In this document: piece after piece, positions 1-8,657 of the stretch
Numbering within the stretch: position 1 is the first letter of the stretch
Layout: each line of letters starts with the position of its first letter
Assembly (NCBI GenBank): GCA_025999335.1
Contig: AP024681.1
Span: 3,414-67,413 of the forward strand
Direction: 5' to 3'
DNA length: 64,000 nt
From: Candidatus Parcubacteria bacterium
GTDB lineage: Bacteria > Patescibacteriota > Minisyncoccia > UBA6257 > HR35
Notes under the pieces: model-generated
The model's input: the letters and a program-made list of their open reading frames with translations, nothing else
The model's database searches: none
Told to the model about the DNA's origin: nothing
Position numbers and translations under genes: made by a program

Positions 1-1
1 T

Positions 2-769
2 CAAGCTATAAACATATTTGAAGAACTTCTTAAAGCGGTTAAAAATGAAGTGACAACAAAAGAACAAAGAGTAGCTGAATTTTTATTGTTGCTTATTTAC
101 GCAAATATAAAAGCTTTTATAAAATTATGTGAGTCAGATTTTCAATTTAAAGATGCGGTATCTATTTTACATTTCAGACCAATCTTAGAGTGCTGGGGGA
201 ACTGTTATTATATATTCAATTCTCAAGAAAAAGATATCCGTTTAAAATTATTCACCAATTACGAAATAATAAAACTCTATAAATTAATTAAAAAATATAA
301 TCTTCTAAACGAACCCAAATGGCAGGAAATCAAAATAAAATATGAAACATTACGACCATTTTATGAAGAATTAGATGAAAATCCTTACTATAATGATATT
401 AAAGAATATGTTTACAAAAAAGGAAAAAAATGGATAAATAAAAATTTTCAAGAAATTTTAAAAGACTCTGGTCTTCTTTTACAAAACTCTAATGAAGTCC
501 TTCGGGGTTTTGAGTCAATTTATTCTATTACTAGCGATTTAATTCATGGAAGCGCTTATAGTGCAAGATATTTTTTTGGAAATCAACAAACCCTGTTAAG
601 TAAATGTTCCTCATATGATTTTGGAATGGCTTATATTTTGATGGACTGTTTAAATTTAATATCGATTAAAAATATTTTTCGTATAAATGAAATGTTAAAA
701 GAAAAAATTAAAAATTTAAGACAAACTATTATCACTGCCGTGGAAAAGGAAAATAGGATTATAACATGA
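2..769 (+). CDS. Hypothetical protein, DUF5677/HEPN-like (5' partial)
   Basis: Frame is open from base 2. R-x-x-x-E (RPILE) and Y-x3-S-x3-H (YSITSDLIHG) motifs are typical of DUF5677-like helical proteins. Confidence 0.45.
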   Translation, partial: QAINIFEELLKAVKNEVTTKEQRVAEFLLLLIYANIKAFIKLCESDFQFKDAVSILHFRPILECWGNCYYIFNSQEKDIRLKLFTNYEIIKLYKLIKKYNLLNEPKWQEIKIKYETLRPFYEELDENPYYNDIKEYVYKKGKKWINKNFQEILKDSGLLLQNSNEVLRGFESIYSITSDLIHGSAYSARYFFGNQQTLLSKCSSYDFGMAYILMDCLNLISIKNIFRINEMLKEKIKNLRQTIITAVEKENRIIT

Positions 770-849
770 ATTTTTCCATCATTAAAAAATCACAATTTGA
801 AGAAGCTTTGATGTCGGATGTTGAGTTTTATCAATTATTAGATTTGTGA
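766..849 (+). pseudogene. Degenerate duplicate of the 5' end of the hsdS-like gene
   Basis: 766-795 is identical to 1594-1623. It translates MNFSIIKKSQFEEALMSDVEFYQLLDL* versus MNFSIIKKSQLEGDLRLDAEYYQPEYL. Confidence 0.8.
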
Positions 850-894
850 AAAAACAAAGATTTATTTAGGAAGTTATAAACAGATCAATTTAAT

Positions 895-1587
895 ATGCAA
901 AAATACAAAATTTTCACAAAAGATCCAATAAAATCTATCGAAAGTATTATTTTACACAATGTTGCTTCTCTGTTACCGACGGAGATTATACGTAGTAATC
1001 CTATTCCGTTAATTGTCTACAAGGGACTAGATTTGCTAAGAAAAAAAGGCGAAGAGGGTAAAGAGCTTTACGAGTTGTTTCACGGATGTATTTTGGCATG
1101 TTTTTTAAATGAAATTGAACCTGACTTTCAACACTATGTTTGTTATCCAGAAGATCAAAGTTATGATTTTTTAATTCTTAAATGCCATAAAAATCAAAAT
1201 ATAAGTATTAACATTTCACCTGACACAGAATTATATCAAGAAGCAGCTATATTTAAAGTAGAACTAACCGAATTAGTTCAATTAGAAGATTTAGAAAAAA
1301 TTATTAACAATAAATCAAAATATACAAAAAGAATCCTTTTGATAAGCATCGCTTTTAAGGGCGAGCTGAATTTCCGAGAAGTTTTTAATAGAGCCTCTAT
1401 GGCGAATAAAAATAATTTTGAAACTATTTGGTTAATAGGACAAATTAACCATCCGCAGGATGCAAGTAGACTATGTTACTTTGTGGCTGAATTAGTGAAG
1501 CATAAGAAGGTATTTCCTTTATTTGAATTATTAATTGATTGGGCGAAAATAAAAAGAGAAGCAGAAAGAACTTCCCCAATAAAATAA
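895..1587 (+). CDS. Hypothetical protein, possible PD-(D/E)xK-fold nuclease
   Basis: 230-aa ORF with an acidic motif (PEDQSYDFLI...VELTEL), inside an RM locus. Confidence 0.35.
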   Translation: MQKYKIFTKDPIKSIESIILHNVASLLPTEIIRSNPIPLIVYKGLDLLRKKGEEGKELYELFHGCILACFLNEIEPDFQHYVCYPEDQSYDFLILKCHKNQNISINISPDTELYQEAAIFKVELTELVQLEDLEKIINNKSKYTKRILLISIAFKGELNFREVFNRASMANKNNFETIWLIGQINHPQDASRLCYFVAELVKHKKVFPLFELLIDWAKIKREAERTSPIK

Positions 1588-1593
1588 TACATT

Positions 1594-3022
1594 ATGAATT
1601 TTTCCATCATTAAAAAATCACAACTTGAAGGAGATTTAAGACTGGATGCGGAATATTATCAGCCGGAGTATTTGGAAGTTGAAAAGAGATTAAATTCTAT
1701 AACCACTAAAAGTATTGATGAAATATCAAAATCAGTGGTTAGTTTCGGGGCTTACTCCTTAACAAATTATATTGAATGGCAAGAAACAGGCATTCCTTAT
1801 TTGAATGTTGAAAATATACGAGACGGTGTAATAGATTTTGATAATGTGAAATATATTAGTAAAGAAGTTGATGAAATTTTGAAGAAATCAAGAGTGAAAG
1901 AGGGACAAGTAATTATTACCATGGCGGGAACAATTGGTGAGGCTGCGGTAGCACATAAAATTCCTCCAAGAGTTAATTCAAACCAAGCTACAGCAAAAAT
2001 AACTCTCAAAGAAGGTTTTTCGCCTTATTATCTTGCTGCTTTTTTAAATTCTTATTACGGGAGAAAACAAACTGAGCGAGAGATTGTAAGTAGCGTTCAA
2101 CCAAATATTTTTTTATGGCAAATTAAAAATTTTAAAGTACCTATAGTATCAATAGAAAAACAAAAAGAAATAGAGAACATTTATAAAAATGGGCTAGATG
2201 AGTTAGAAAGTTCAAAATCTCTCTACTCCCAAGCCGAAAATTTACTTTTGGAAGAATTAGGATTAAAAGATTTTAAACTCGAGGATGATTTATTTTATAT
2301 CGTCAATCTTTCTCAAATAAAATCTGTGCATCGCACCGACGCTGAATACTTCCAACCAAAATATGAAAAGTTGATTGAAAAGATTAAAAAAATCTCAAAA
2401 CCGTTACTTGAAGTTGTAGATAATATCCCGGCAAGATTTAATCCTCAATCTCAACAAGATAAAAATTTTAAGTATGTAGAACTGGAACATATTAATACTT
2501 CGATTGGAATAATCGATGAAGATATGGAAATTTTAGGTAAAGAAGCTCCGAGCAGAGCAAGAAGAATTTTAAAAGCCGGCGATGTTATAGTTTCAAGCGT
2601 TGAGGGTTCGTTAGAAAAAGTAGCTTTGGTTCATAAAGAACAAGAGGGATATCTTGCATCTAACGGTTTTTTTCCAATTTAGACCAAAAATTAAAGAATT
2701 TGAATATAAAGGATCTAGTAATGAACCTCCAATTATTGAAACATTTATTGATTTAAGAAACATAGTAGAAGTTTATCCAGAAGTTTTATTAGTCATTGCT
2801 AAAAGTATAGTTTTTCAAATGCAGTTGAAAAAGCATGCCGCAGGTACTATTTTAACCGCCATTCCTAAAGAAGCTTTAAATAAAATTTTAATTCCCATTT
2901 TACCGGGAGATAAACAAAATGACATTAGATATTTAGTTCAACAATCTCACGAAGCCCGTAAAAAAGCAAAAGAATTATTAGAAGAAGCAAAACAAAAAGT
3001 TGAAAAATTAATTGAAGAATAA
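1594..3022 (+). pseudogene. hsdS: Restriction-modification specificity (S) subunit, frameshifted at a T7 run (2667-2673)
   Basis: Two RxDAEY(Y/F)QP repeats, two TRD-like regions and helical spacers. ORFs 1594-2682 and 2654-3022 join as ...ASNGFFQFR if one T is removed. Confidence 0.75.
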
Positions 3023-3069
3023 TAAATTTTAAATTTTAATAACATTCTTGTTAAAAAATAACATTCCAA

Positions 3070-3089
3070 CCTGTCTACCGTCAGGCAGG
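3070..3089. repeat. Short GC-rich imperfect palindrome (REP-like) CCTGTCTACCGTCAGGCAGG
   Basis: CCTGTCT/AGGCAGG arms pair with one G-U, in an AT-rich intergenic region. Confidence 0.5.
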
Positions 3090-3117
3090 CATTCTTAAGA
3101 ATATTAGAATATTTATT

Positions 3118-3342
3118 ATGTTAATTAAAGTTAAAGTTTTTCCAAGTTCGAAAGAGGAAAAGATAGTTAAGAAGGCAGAAGATAGTTTTGAGGTTAAAGT
3201 AAAAGAAAGGGCTGAAAGAGGGTTGGCTAATATGGCGGTTATTAGGATTTTGGCTTCTTATTTTAAAATTCCGGTATCACAAGTCAGATTATTAAAAGGC
3301 GCGAAGTCAAAAAATAAAATTTTTGAAATAAAATTAAAGTAG
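3118..3342 (+). CDS. DUF167 / YggU family protein
   Basis: VKVFP...VKVKERAERGLAN...LLKGAKSKNK pattern. Confidence 0.85.
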   Translation: MLIKVKVFPSSKEEKIVKKAEDSFEVKVKERAERGLANMAVIRILASYFKIPVSQVRLLKGAKSKNKIFEIKLK

Positions 3343-3461
3343 TTTTAATTAAAGTCCTGTTTCTCTTTGCCAAAGTGAAATAAAAAATTAAAACCAACGA
3401 TTTACCTATAATTCAAGTGAAAGTAGAATAAAAAGTTCGTTAGTTTATAATAATAAAGATA

Positions 3462-4613
3462 ATGAAAAGATATTTTTTGACTTCGGAATCAGTTTGTCCA
3501 GGACATCCAGATAAAATTTCTGATCAGATTGCTGATGCTATTTTGGACGAAATTTTAAAACAAGATAAATATGCTCGTGTTGCTTGTGAAGTTTATACAA
3601 GTATTGGTTATATTATTGTTGGTGGAGAAATTACAACTAAAGCTTCGGTGAATATTAATCAATTAGTGAGGCAAGTAGTTAAAGAAATTGGCTATGATAA
3701 ATCTGAATATGGTTTTGATTATCATACTTTAGCTGTTCTTAATACTATTAGTGCTCAATCTCCAGACATTGCTCGAGGCGTGAGAAAAACAGGAAGTAAA
3801 AGACAAGGTGCGGGTGATCAAGGATCAGTAATAGGTTATGCTACTGATGAAACTCCGGAATTAATGCCTTTGCCGATTTTAACTGCCCATAAATTAATGA
3901 AAAGATTAGTTGAAGTAAGAGAAAAGAAAATTTTACCTTATTTAAGACCTGATGGTAAATGGCAAGTAACTTTTGAATATGAAGATGGTGTAGCAAAAAG
4001 ATTAGATAGTGTTATTATTGCTGCTCAACATGATCCTGATATTAGTTATAAAAAATTAAAGGAAGATATAATCAAAAAAGTCATTGTGCCTGTTTGCGGA
4101 AAATATCTTGATAAGAAAACAAAATTTTATATTAACAATACTGGTAGATTTGTAATTGGTGGTCCTGTAGCTGATACAGGTATGTCAGGAAGAAAAATTG
4201 TTGTTGATAGTTATGGTGTGGGAATTCCTGTTGGTGGTGGCAGTTTTTCTGGTAAAGATCCTACCAAAGTTGATAGATCTGGTGCTTATATGGCAAGGTA
4301 TATTGCTAAGAATATAGTTGCTTCTGGTTTAGCTAAAAAATGTTTAATTCGTATTTCTTATGTTATCGGTGGGGTGAAACCAACAGAAATTGGAATTGAT
4401 ACTTTTGGAACAGCAAAAGTTCCTGAAGAGAAAATATTAAAAATTATTCCTAAAGTTTTTAATTTAAATCCGGGAGGTATAATAGAACAACTAAATCTTC
4501 TAAGGCCTATTTATCAAAAAACTGCCTGCTTTGGACATTTTGGCAGAGAAGAACCAGAATTTACCTGGGAAAGAAAAGATAAAATAAAAGAAATTTTAAG
4601 TTATTTTAAATAA
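3462..4613 (+). CDS. metK: S-adenosylmethionine synthetase
   Basis: [18 protein letters not shown] and [16 protein letters not shown] motifs. Confidence 0.97.
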   Translation: MKRYFLTSESVCPGHPDKISDQIADAILDEILKQDKYARVACEVYTSIGYIIVGGEITTKASVNINQLVRQVVKEIGYDKSEYGFDYHTLAVLNTISAQSPDIARGVRKTGSKRQGAGDQGSVIGYATDETPELMPLPILTAHKLMKRLVEVREKKILPYLRPDGKWQVTFEYEDGVAKRLDSVIIAAQHDPDISYKKLKEDIIKKVIVPVCGKYLDKKTKFYINNTGRFVIGGPVADTGMSGRKIVVDSYGVGIPVGGGSFSGKDPTKVDRSGAYMARYIAKNIVASGLAKKCLIRISYVIGGVKPTEIGIDTFGTAKVPEEKILKIIPKVFNLNPGGIIEQLNLLRPIYQKTACFGHFGREEPEFTWERKDKIKEILSYFK

Positions 4614-4764
4614 AATATTGCTTAACTAATAATTTTTATCATTTTTTTCATTTTTTATTTTTTTATTTTTACAAAAACAATAGAAAAAATATATTTAAGC
4701 TTGTAATTACTAATTTATTTTTTAAAAATTAAAAATCTTAAATTTATTAATTTTAAGATCAAAG

Positions 4765-6237
4765 ATGAATATTTATGAGGATGTTTTAAGAAGGTTAAGG
4801 GAAACAAGGCGGATTTTTAAGGGTAAGGAGAAAAAGTTTGATGAACTTTTTGAGGTTTTAAAGGAGCCACAAAGAATTATTAAAGTTAATTTGCCGCTAA
4901 GAAGAGATGATGGAAAGTTAAAGATTTATGAAGGTTACCGAGTTCAGCATAATAATTTTTTAGGTCCTTATAAAGGTGGAATAAGATATTATCCTGAAGT
5001 TGATGAAGATGAAGTTAAAACTTTGGCTTTACTTATGAGTTTGAAATGTGCTTTGGTTGGTTTGCCTTTGGGTGGAGGAAAGGGTGGAATTAAGGTTGAT
5101 CCGAAAAAATTGTCTGAAAAAGAGTTGGAGAGACTTTCAAGGGAGTATGTAAGAAAAGTTTATGATTTTATTGAACCAGAAAAAGATGTGCCGGCTCCTG
5201 ATGTTAATACGAATGCTAAAATTATGGATTGGATGGTTGATGAGTATCTTGAATTAGCGAAAAAAGATAAACAGAGAAGAGATTTAAAAATTAATTATTT
5301 GAAGGCAGCATTTACAGGAAAGTCAGTTGAAAATGGAGGATCAAAAGGAAGGGAAGAGGCAACTGGAAGAGGTGGAGTTGTTATTTTAGAAGAGATTGTT
5401 AAAAAGTTAAAAATTAAAAAACCTTTGAGAGTTGCTGTTCAGGGATTTGGAAATGTTGGTTATCATTTTGCTAAAGTTTTGTATGAAAGTAATAAAGAAT
5501 TGTTTAAAATTGTTGCTTTGTCAGATAGTAAAGGAGGAATTTATTCTGAAGAAGGTTTTAATCCGGAGTTAGTGATGGAGTGTAAAAGGGAAAGGGGATT
5601 AATTGCTGGTTGTTATTGTGTTGGAAGTGTTTGTGATATTCGCGGCTCGGCTCGCTCGATGCGTCAGTTTGTTGTGTCTAAAGTTTCCCTCGACTCGCCC
5701 CCCGAAGCCACACAGCCCTCGGCTTGGCATTCGCCAATCGCCTCCGCCGGAACAAGTCTCGGGAAACGCCATAGAAATCTACCTAAATCTAAACCGCGAA
5801 TATTTTACGGGGATATTACTAATGAACAATTGCTTGAGTTTGATGTGGATGTTTTGGTATTAGCGGCAATTGAGGATGTTATTCATAAAGGCAATGCTAA
5901 AAAAGTTAAAGCAAAAATTATTATTGAGATGGCAAATAGACCAATTACTAGTGAAGCTGATGAAATTTTAAATAAGAAGGGTGTTTTGATTGTTCCGGAT
6001 ATTTTGGCAAATTCTGGTGGAGTTATTGTTTCTTATTTTGAGATGGTGCAGAACATAAAAAATCAGGTTTGGCCTGAAAAGAAAGTTTTTGATAATTTGA
6101 AAAAACATTTAATTGAAGCTTTTAATGAAGTTTGGCGAATGAAAAATAAATTTAAAAACCTTGATTTAAGAACACTTGCTTATGGAGTAGCAATAAAAAG
6201 AATTTTGAGTAAATTTGATATAATTAAATTAAGATGA
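4765..6237 (+). CDS. gdhA: Glu/Leu/Phe/Val dehydrogenase (glutamate dehydrogenase) with an in-frame ~56-aa insertion
   Basis: GPYKGGIRY, GGGKGG, DVPAPD, VQGFGNVG and PDILANSGGV motifs. Confidence 0.93.
   Translation: MNIYEDVLRRLRETRRIFKGKEKKFDELFEVLKEPQRIIKVNLPLRRDDGKLKIYEGYRVQHNNFLGPYKGGIRYYPEVDEDEVKTLALLMSLKCALVGLPLGGGKGGIKVDPKKLSEKELERLSREYVRKVYDFIEPEKDVPAPDVNTNAKIMDWMVDEYLELAKKDKQRRDLKINYLKAAFTGKSVENGGSKGREEATGRGGVVILEEIVKKLKIKKPLRVAVQGFGNVGYHFAKVLYESNKELFKIVALSDSKGGIYSEEGFNPELVMECKRERGLIAGCYCVGSVCDIRGSARSMRQFVVSKVSLDSPPEATQPSAWHSPIASAGTSLGKRHRNLPKSKPRIFYGDITNEQLLEFDVDVLVLAAIEDVIHKGNAKKVKAKIIIEMANRPITSEADEILNKKGVLIVPDILANSGGVIVSYFEMVQNIKNQVWPEKKVFDNLKKHLIEAFNEVWRMKNKFKNLDLRTLAYGVAIKRILSKFDIIKLR
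5636..5803. mobile_element. 168-bp GC-rich MITE-like/structured element inserted in frame in gdhA
   Basis: Perfect 10-bp terminal IR ATATTCGCGG (5636-5645) / CCGCGAATAT (5794-5803); internal stem 5683-5695/5755-5767; ~57% GC over 5641-5800. Confidence 0.7.
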
Positions 6238-6473
6238 AAAAGAGAAAAAAAATACAATTCGAGATAATTTTACAGCCAGAATCTGAAGGAGGATTTACGG
6301 TAATTGTTCCTGAACTTCCAGGATGTGTCACTTACGGAGAAAATTTAGAAGAGGCTTTAATTATGGCCAAAGACGCTATTAAAGGTTATTTACATAGTTT
6401 GAAAAAACATAAAGAACCAATTTTGAAAAAAGCAAGACCCTTAATTACATCTTTAGAAATTGAGTATGCCTAA
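6234..6473 (+). CDS. hicB: HicB family antitoxin (short form)
   Basis: GGFTVIVPELPGCVTYGENLEEA motif. Confidence 0.9.
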   Translation: MKKRKKIQFEIILQPESEGGFTVIVPELPGCVTYGENLEEALIMAKDAIKGYLHSLKKHKEPILKKARPLITSLEIEYA

Positions 6474-6699
6474 ACTACCGAGTATAAAAAGTGATGTACT
6501 TTTGAATTTTTTTTATTTCCAAGGATTTATTTTAGATCATATAACTGGTAGTCATTATATTCTCTATCATCCAAAAATATTTAAGAGAGCAGTTATTCCT
6601 TATAATAAAAAAGATCTACCTAAAGGGACAGTTTTAGCGATACTTAGAGAATCTGGATTTTCGAGAAAAGATTTAATAGAGTTTTTAACAAAGAAATAA
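6466..6699 (+). CDS. hicA: HicA family toxin
   Basis: MPKLP...GF...TGSH...IP...DLPKGTVLAILRE pattern. Confidence 0.9.
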   Translation: MPKLPSIKSDVLLNFFYFQGFILDHITGSHYILYHPKIFKRAVIPYNKKDLPKGTVLAILRESGFSRKDLIEFLTKK

Positions 6700-6737
6700 A
6701 AATAGAGAAATTAAAATTATGCTAAAATTAAATCATA

Positions 6738-7748
6738 ATGAAAATAGGATTTTTTGAAGCCGAAGGTTGGGAAAAAGAAATTTTAAACAAGGAACTTCAA
6801 GGTTTAGATATTTATTTTAGCAATGAATGGTTGACAAAAGAAAATGTTGAAAACTTTAAAGATATTGAAATTTTATCTATTTTTGTTTGTTCGCAAATAG
6901 ATAAAGAAGTAATCAATTCCTTGCCTAATTTAAAATTTATTGCTACTCGTTCTACTGGCTTTGATCATATAGATGTTAATTATTGTAAAGAAAAGGGAAT
7001 TGTTGTAAGTAATGTGCCTGAATATGGGACAAAAACTGTAACTGAATGGACTTTTGGACTGATGATAAATTTAATGAGAAAAATTTACTATGCCATTGAT
7101 CAAATTAAAGAAACAGAAAGTTTTGATTTGGGTAATTTACGCGGAGAAGAACTTTTTGGAAAAACATTAGGCGTCATCGGAACCGGCAGAATTGGGAAAG
7201 AAATTATTAAGATAGCTAAAGCTTTCGGTATGAATATTATAGCCTTTGATGTTTATCCTGACGAAAAGTTTGCTCAAGAACAAAACATTCAATATGTTTC
7301 TTTAGAAAATCTATTACAAAATGCCGATATTATTACTATTCATGTAAATCTAAATTCGTCAACTTATCATTTAATTAATAAAGAAAATGTAAAAATTATA
7401 AAACGCGGTGCTTATTTAATTAATACTGCCCGCGGTGGAATTGTTGAAACTGAAGCTCTTGTTTATGCTTTAAAAGAGGGGATTTTAAAAGGAGCAGCTT
7501 TAGATGTATTAGAAGAAGAAACTGAAATTAAAGAGGAATTAGAACTTTTAGTGAAACCAGAACTTAAAACTGAGGAAATAAAAACTCTGTGGCAAAATCA
7601 TATTTTAATGAAAATGCCCAATGTTTTAATTACTCCTCATAATGCTTTTAACTCCAAAGAAGCAGTAAGTAGAATTTTAGCAACCACAATTGACAATATA
7701 AAAGCTTTTCTTTCAGGCAATCCAATTAATACCGTTAAATCAAATTAG
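6738..7748 (+). CDS. D-isomer specific 2-hydroxyacid dehydrogenase (D-lactate dehydrogenase-like)
   Basis: RSTGFDHID, GVIGTGRIG, INTARG and TPHNAF motifs. Confidence 0.92.
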   Translation: MKIGFFEAEGWEKEILNKELQGLDIYFSNEWLTKENVENFKDIEILSIFVCSQIDKEVINSLPNLKFIATRSTGFDHIDVNYCKEKGIVVSNVPEYGTKTVTEWTFGLMINLMRKIYYAIDQIKETESFDLGNLRGEELFGKTLGVIGTGRIGKEIIKIAKAFGMNIIAFDVYPDEKFAQEQNIQYVSLENLLQNADIITIHVNLNSSTYHLINKENVKIIKRGAYLINTARGGIVETEALVYALKEGILKGAALDVLEEETEIKEELELLVKPELKTEEIKTLWQNHILMKMPNVLITPHNAFNSKEAVSRILATTIDNIKAFLSGNPINTVKSN

Positions 7749-7827
7749 TTCAAATAATATAATATATTTAAAAATTAAGGTTGGGGGATTATTTGTGTTA
7801 TATAATTTTTAAAATATTTTTACTCTT

Positions 7828-8613
7828 TTAAATAATTAAAAAAAATAAGAATAAAAGACCAAAAACAAGACGATAATAGCCAAAAATAAGAAAATTATTT
7901 TTATTAAGATAATTAATTAGCCAATTTATTGTTAAAAGAGCAAAAACAAATGAAGTTAAAAAAGCAATTGATAAATAAAAAATATTATTAAAATTAAAAA
8001 CCAAGTTTTCAATCCCAACTTTATATAAATCATAAAAGCCTGCAGAAATAATTGTCGGGACTGCCAATAAAAATGAATAAAGAACTGAATCTTTTCTTTG
8101 AAATCTTAAAAATAACATTCCTAAAATAACTGCTCCGGCTCGAGAAACTCCAGGAATAATTGCTAATGATTGAAATATACCAATAAGTAATGCATAAATA
8201 AAAGTTAAATTATCTAAACTATATTGAAGTTGGATTATTTTTTTATTTATCAACAATTCAAAAATTATAAAAATTAATCCTCCTAAAATTAAAGTTAAAA
8301 TTATTAAAAGTTGACTTTCAAAAAAAACATTTTTAATTAATTTATAAAAAATAAGAGAAATTATCGCTGTTGGAATAAAAGAAGCTAATAATTTTGGTAT
8401 TAAGTGTTTATTATCGAGAATGAATTTAAAATAATTAAAAATAACCGCCAAAATAGCTCCTGTTTGAATAAAAATTTCCAAGAATTTATGAAATTCTGTT
8501 TGAGGTATTTTAAGCAAATTAGACACTAAAATCAAATGCGCTGTTGAAGAAATGGGTAAAAATTCAGTTATTCCCTCAATTATTCCTAATAAAAAATATT
8601 TTAACAATTCCAT
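7828..8613 (-). CDS. uppP: Undecaprenyl-diphosphate phosphatase
   Basis: EGITEFLPISSTAH and PGVSRAG motifs. Confidence 0.95.
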   Translation of the reverse strand: MELLKYFLLGIIEGITEFLPISSTAHLILVSNLLKIPQTEFHKFLEIFIQTGAILAVIFNYFKFILDNKHLIPKLLASFIPTAIISLIFYKLIKNVFFESQLLIILTLILGGLIFIIFELLINKKIIQLQYSLDNLTFIYALLIGIFQSLAIIPGVSRAGAVILGMLFLRFQRKDSVLYSFLLAVPTIISAGFYDLYKVGIENLVFNFNNIFYLSIAFLTSFVFALLTINWLINYLNKNNFLIFGYYRLVFGLLFLFFLII

Positions 8614-8657
8614 TTAAAATTATTATTTTTTTAATTAAATCTATTATAATTTAATTA

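Noticed and set aside
5603-5863. Alternative-frame 86-aa ORF over the gdhA insert
   Set aside because: Non-ATG start and no recognisable motif; a by-product of the stop-poor GC-rich insert.
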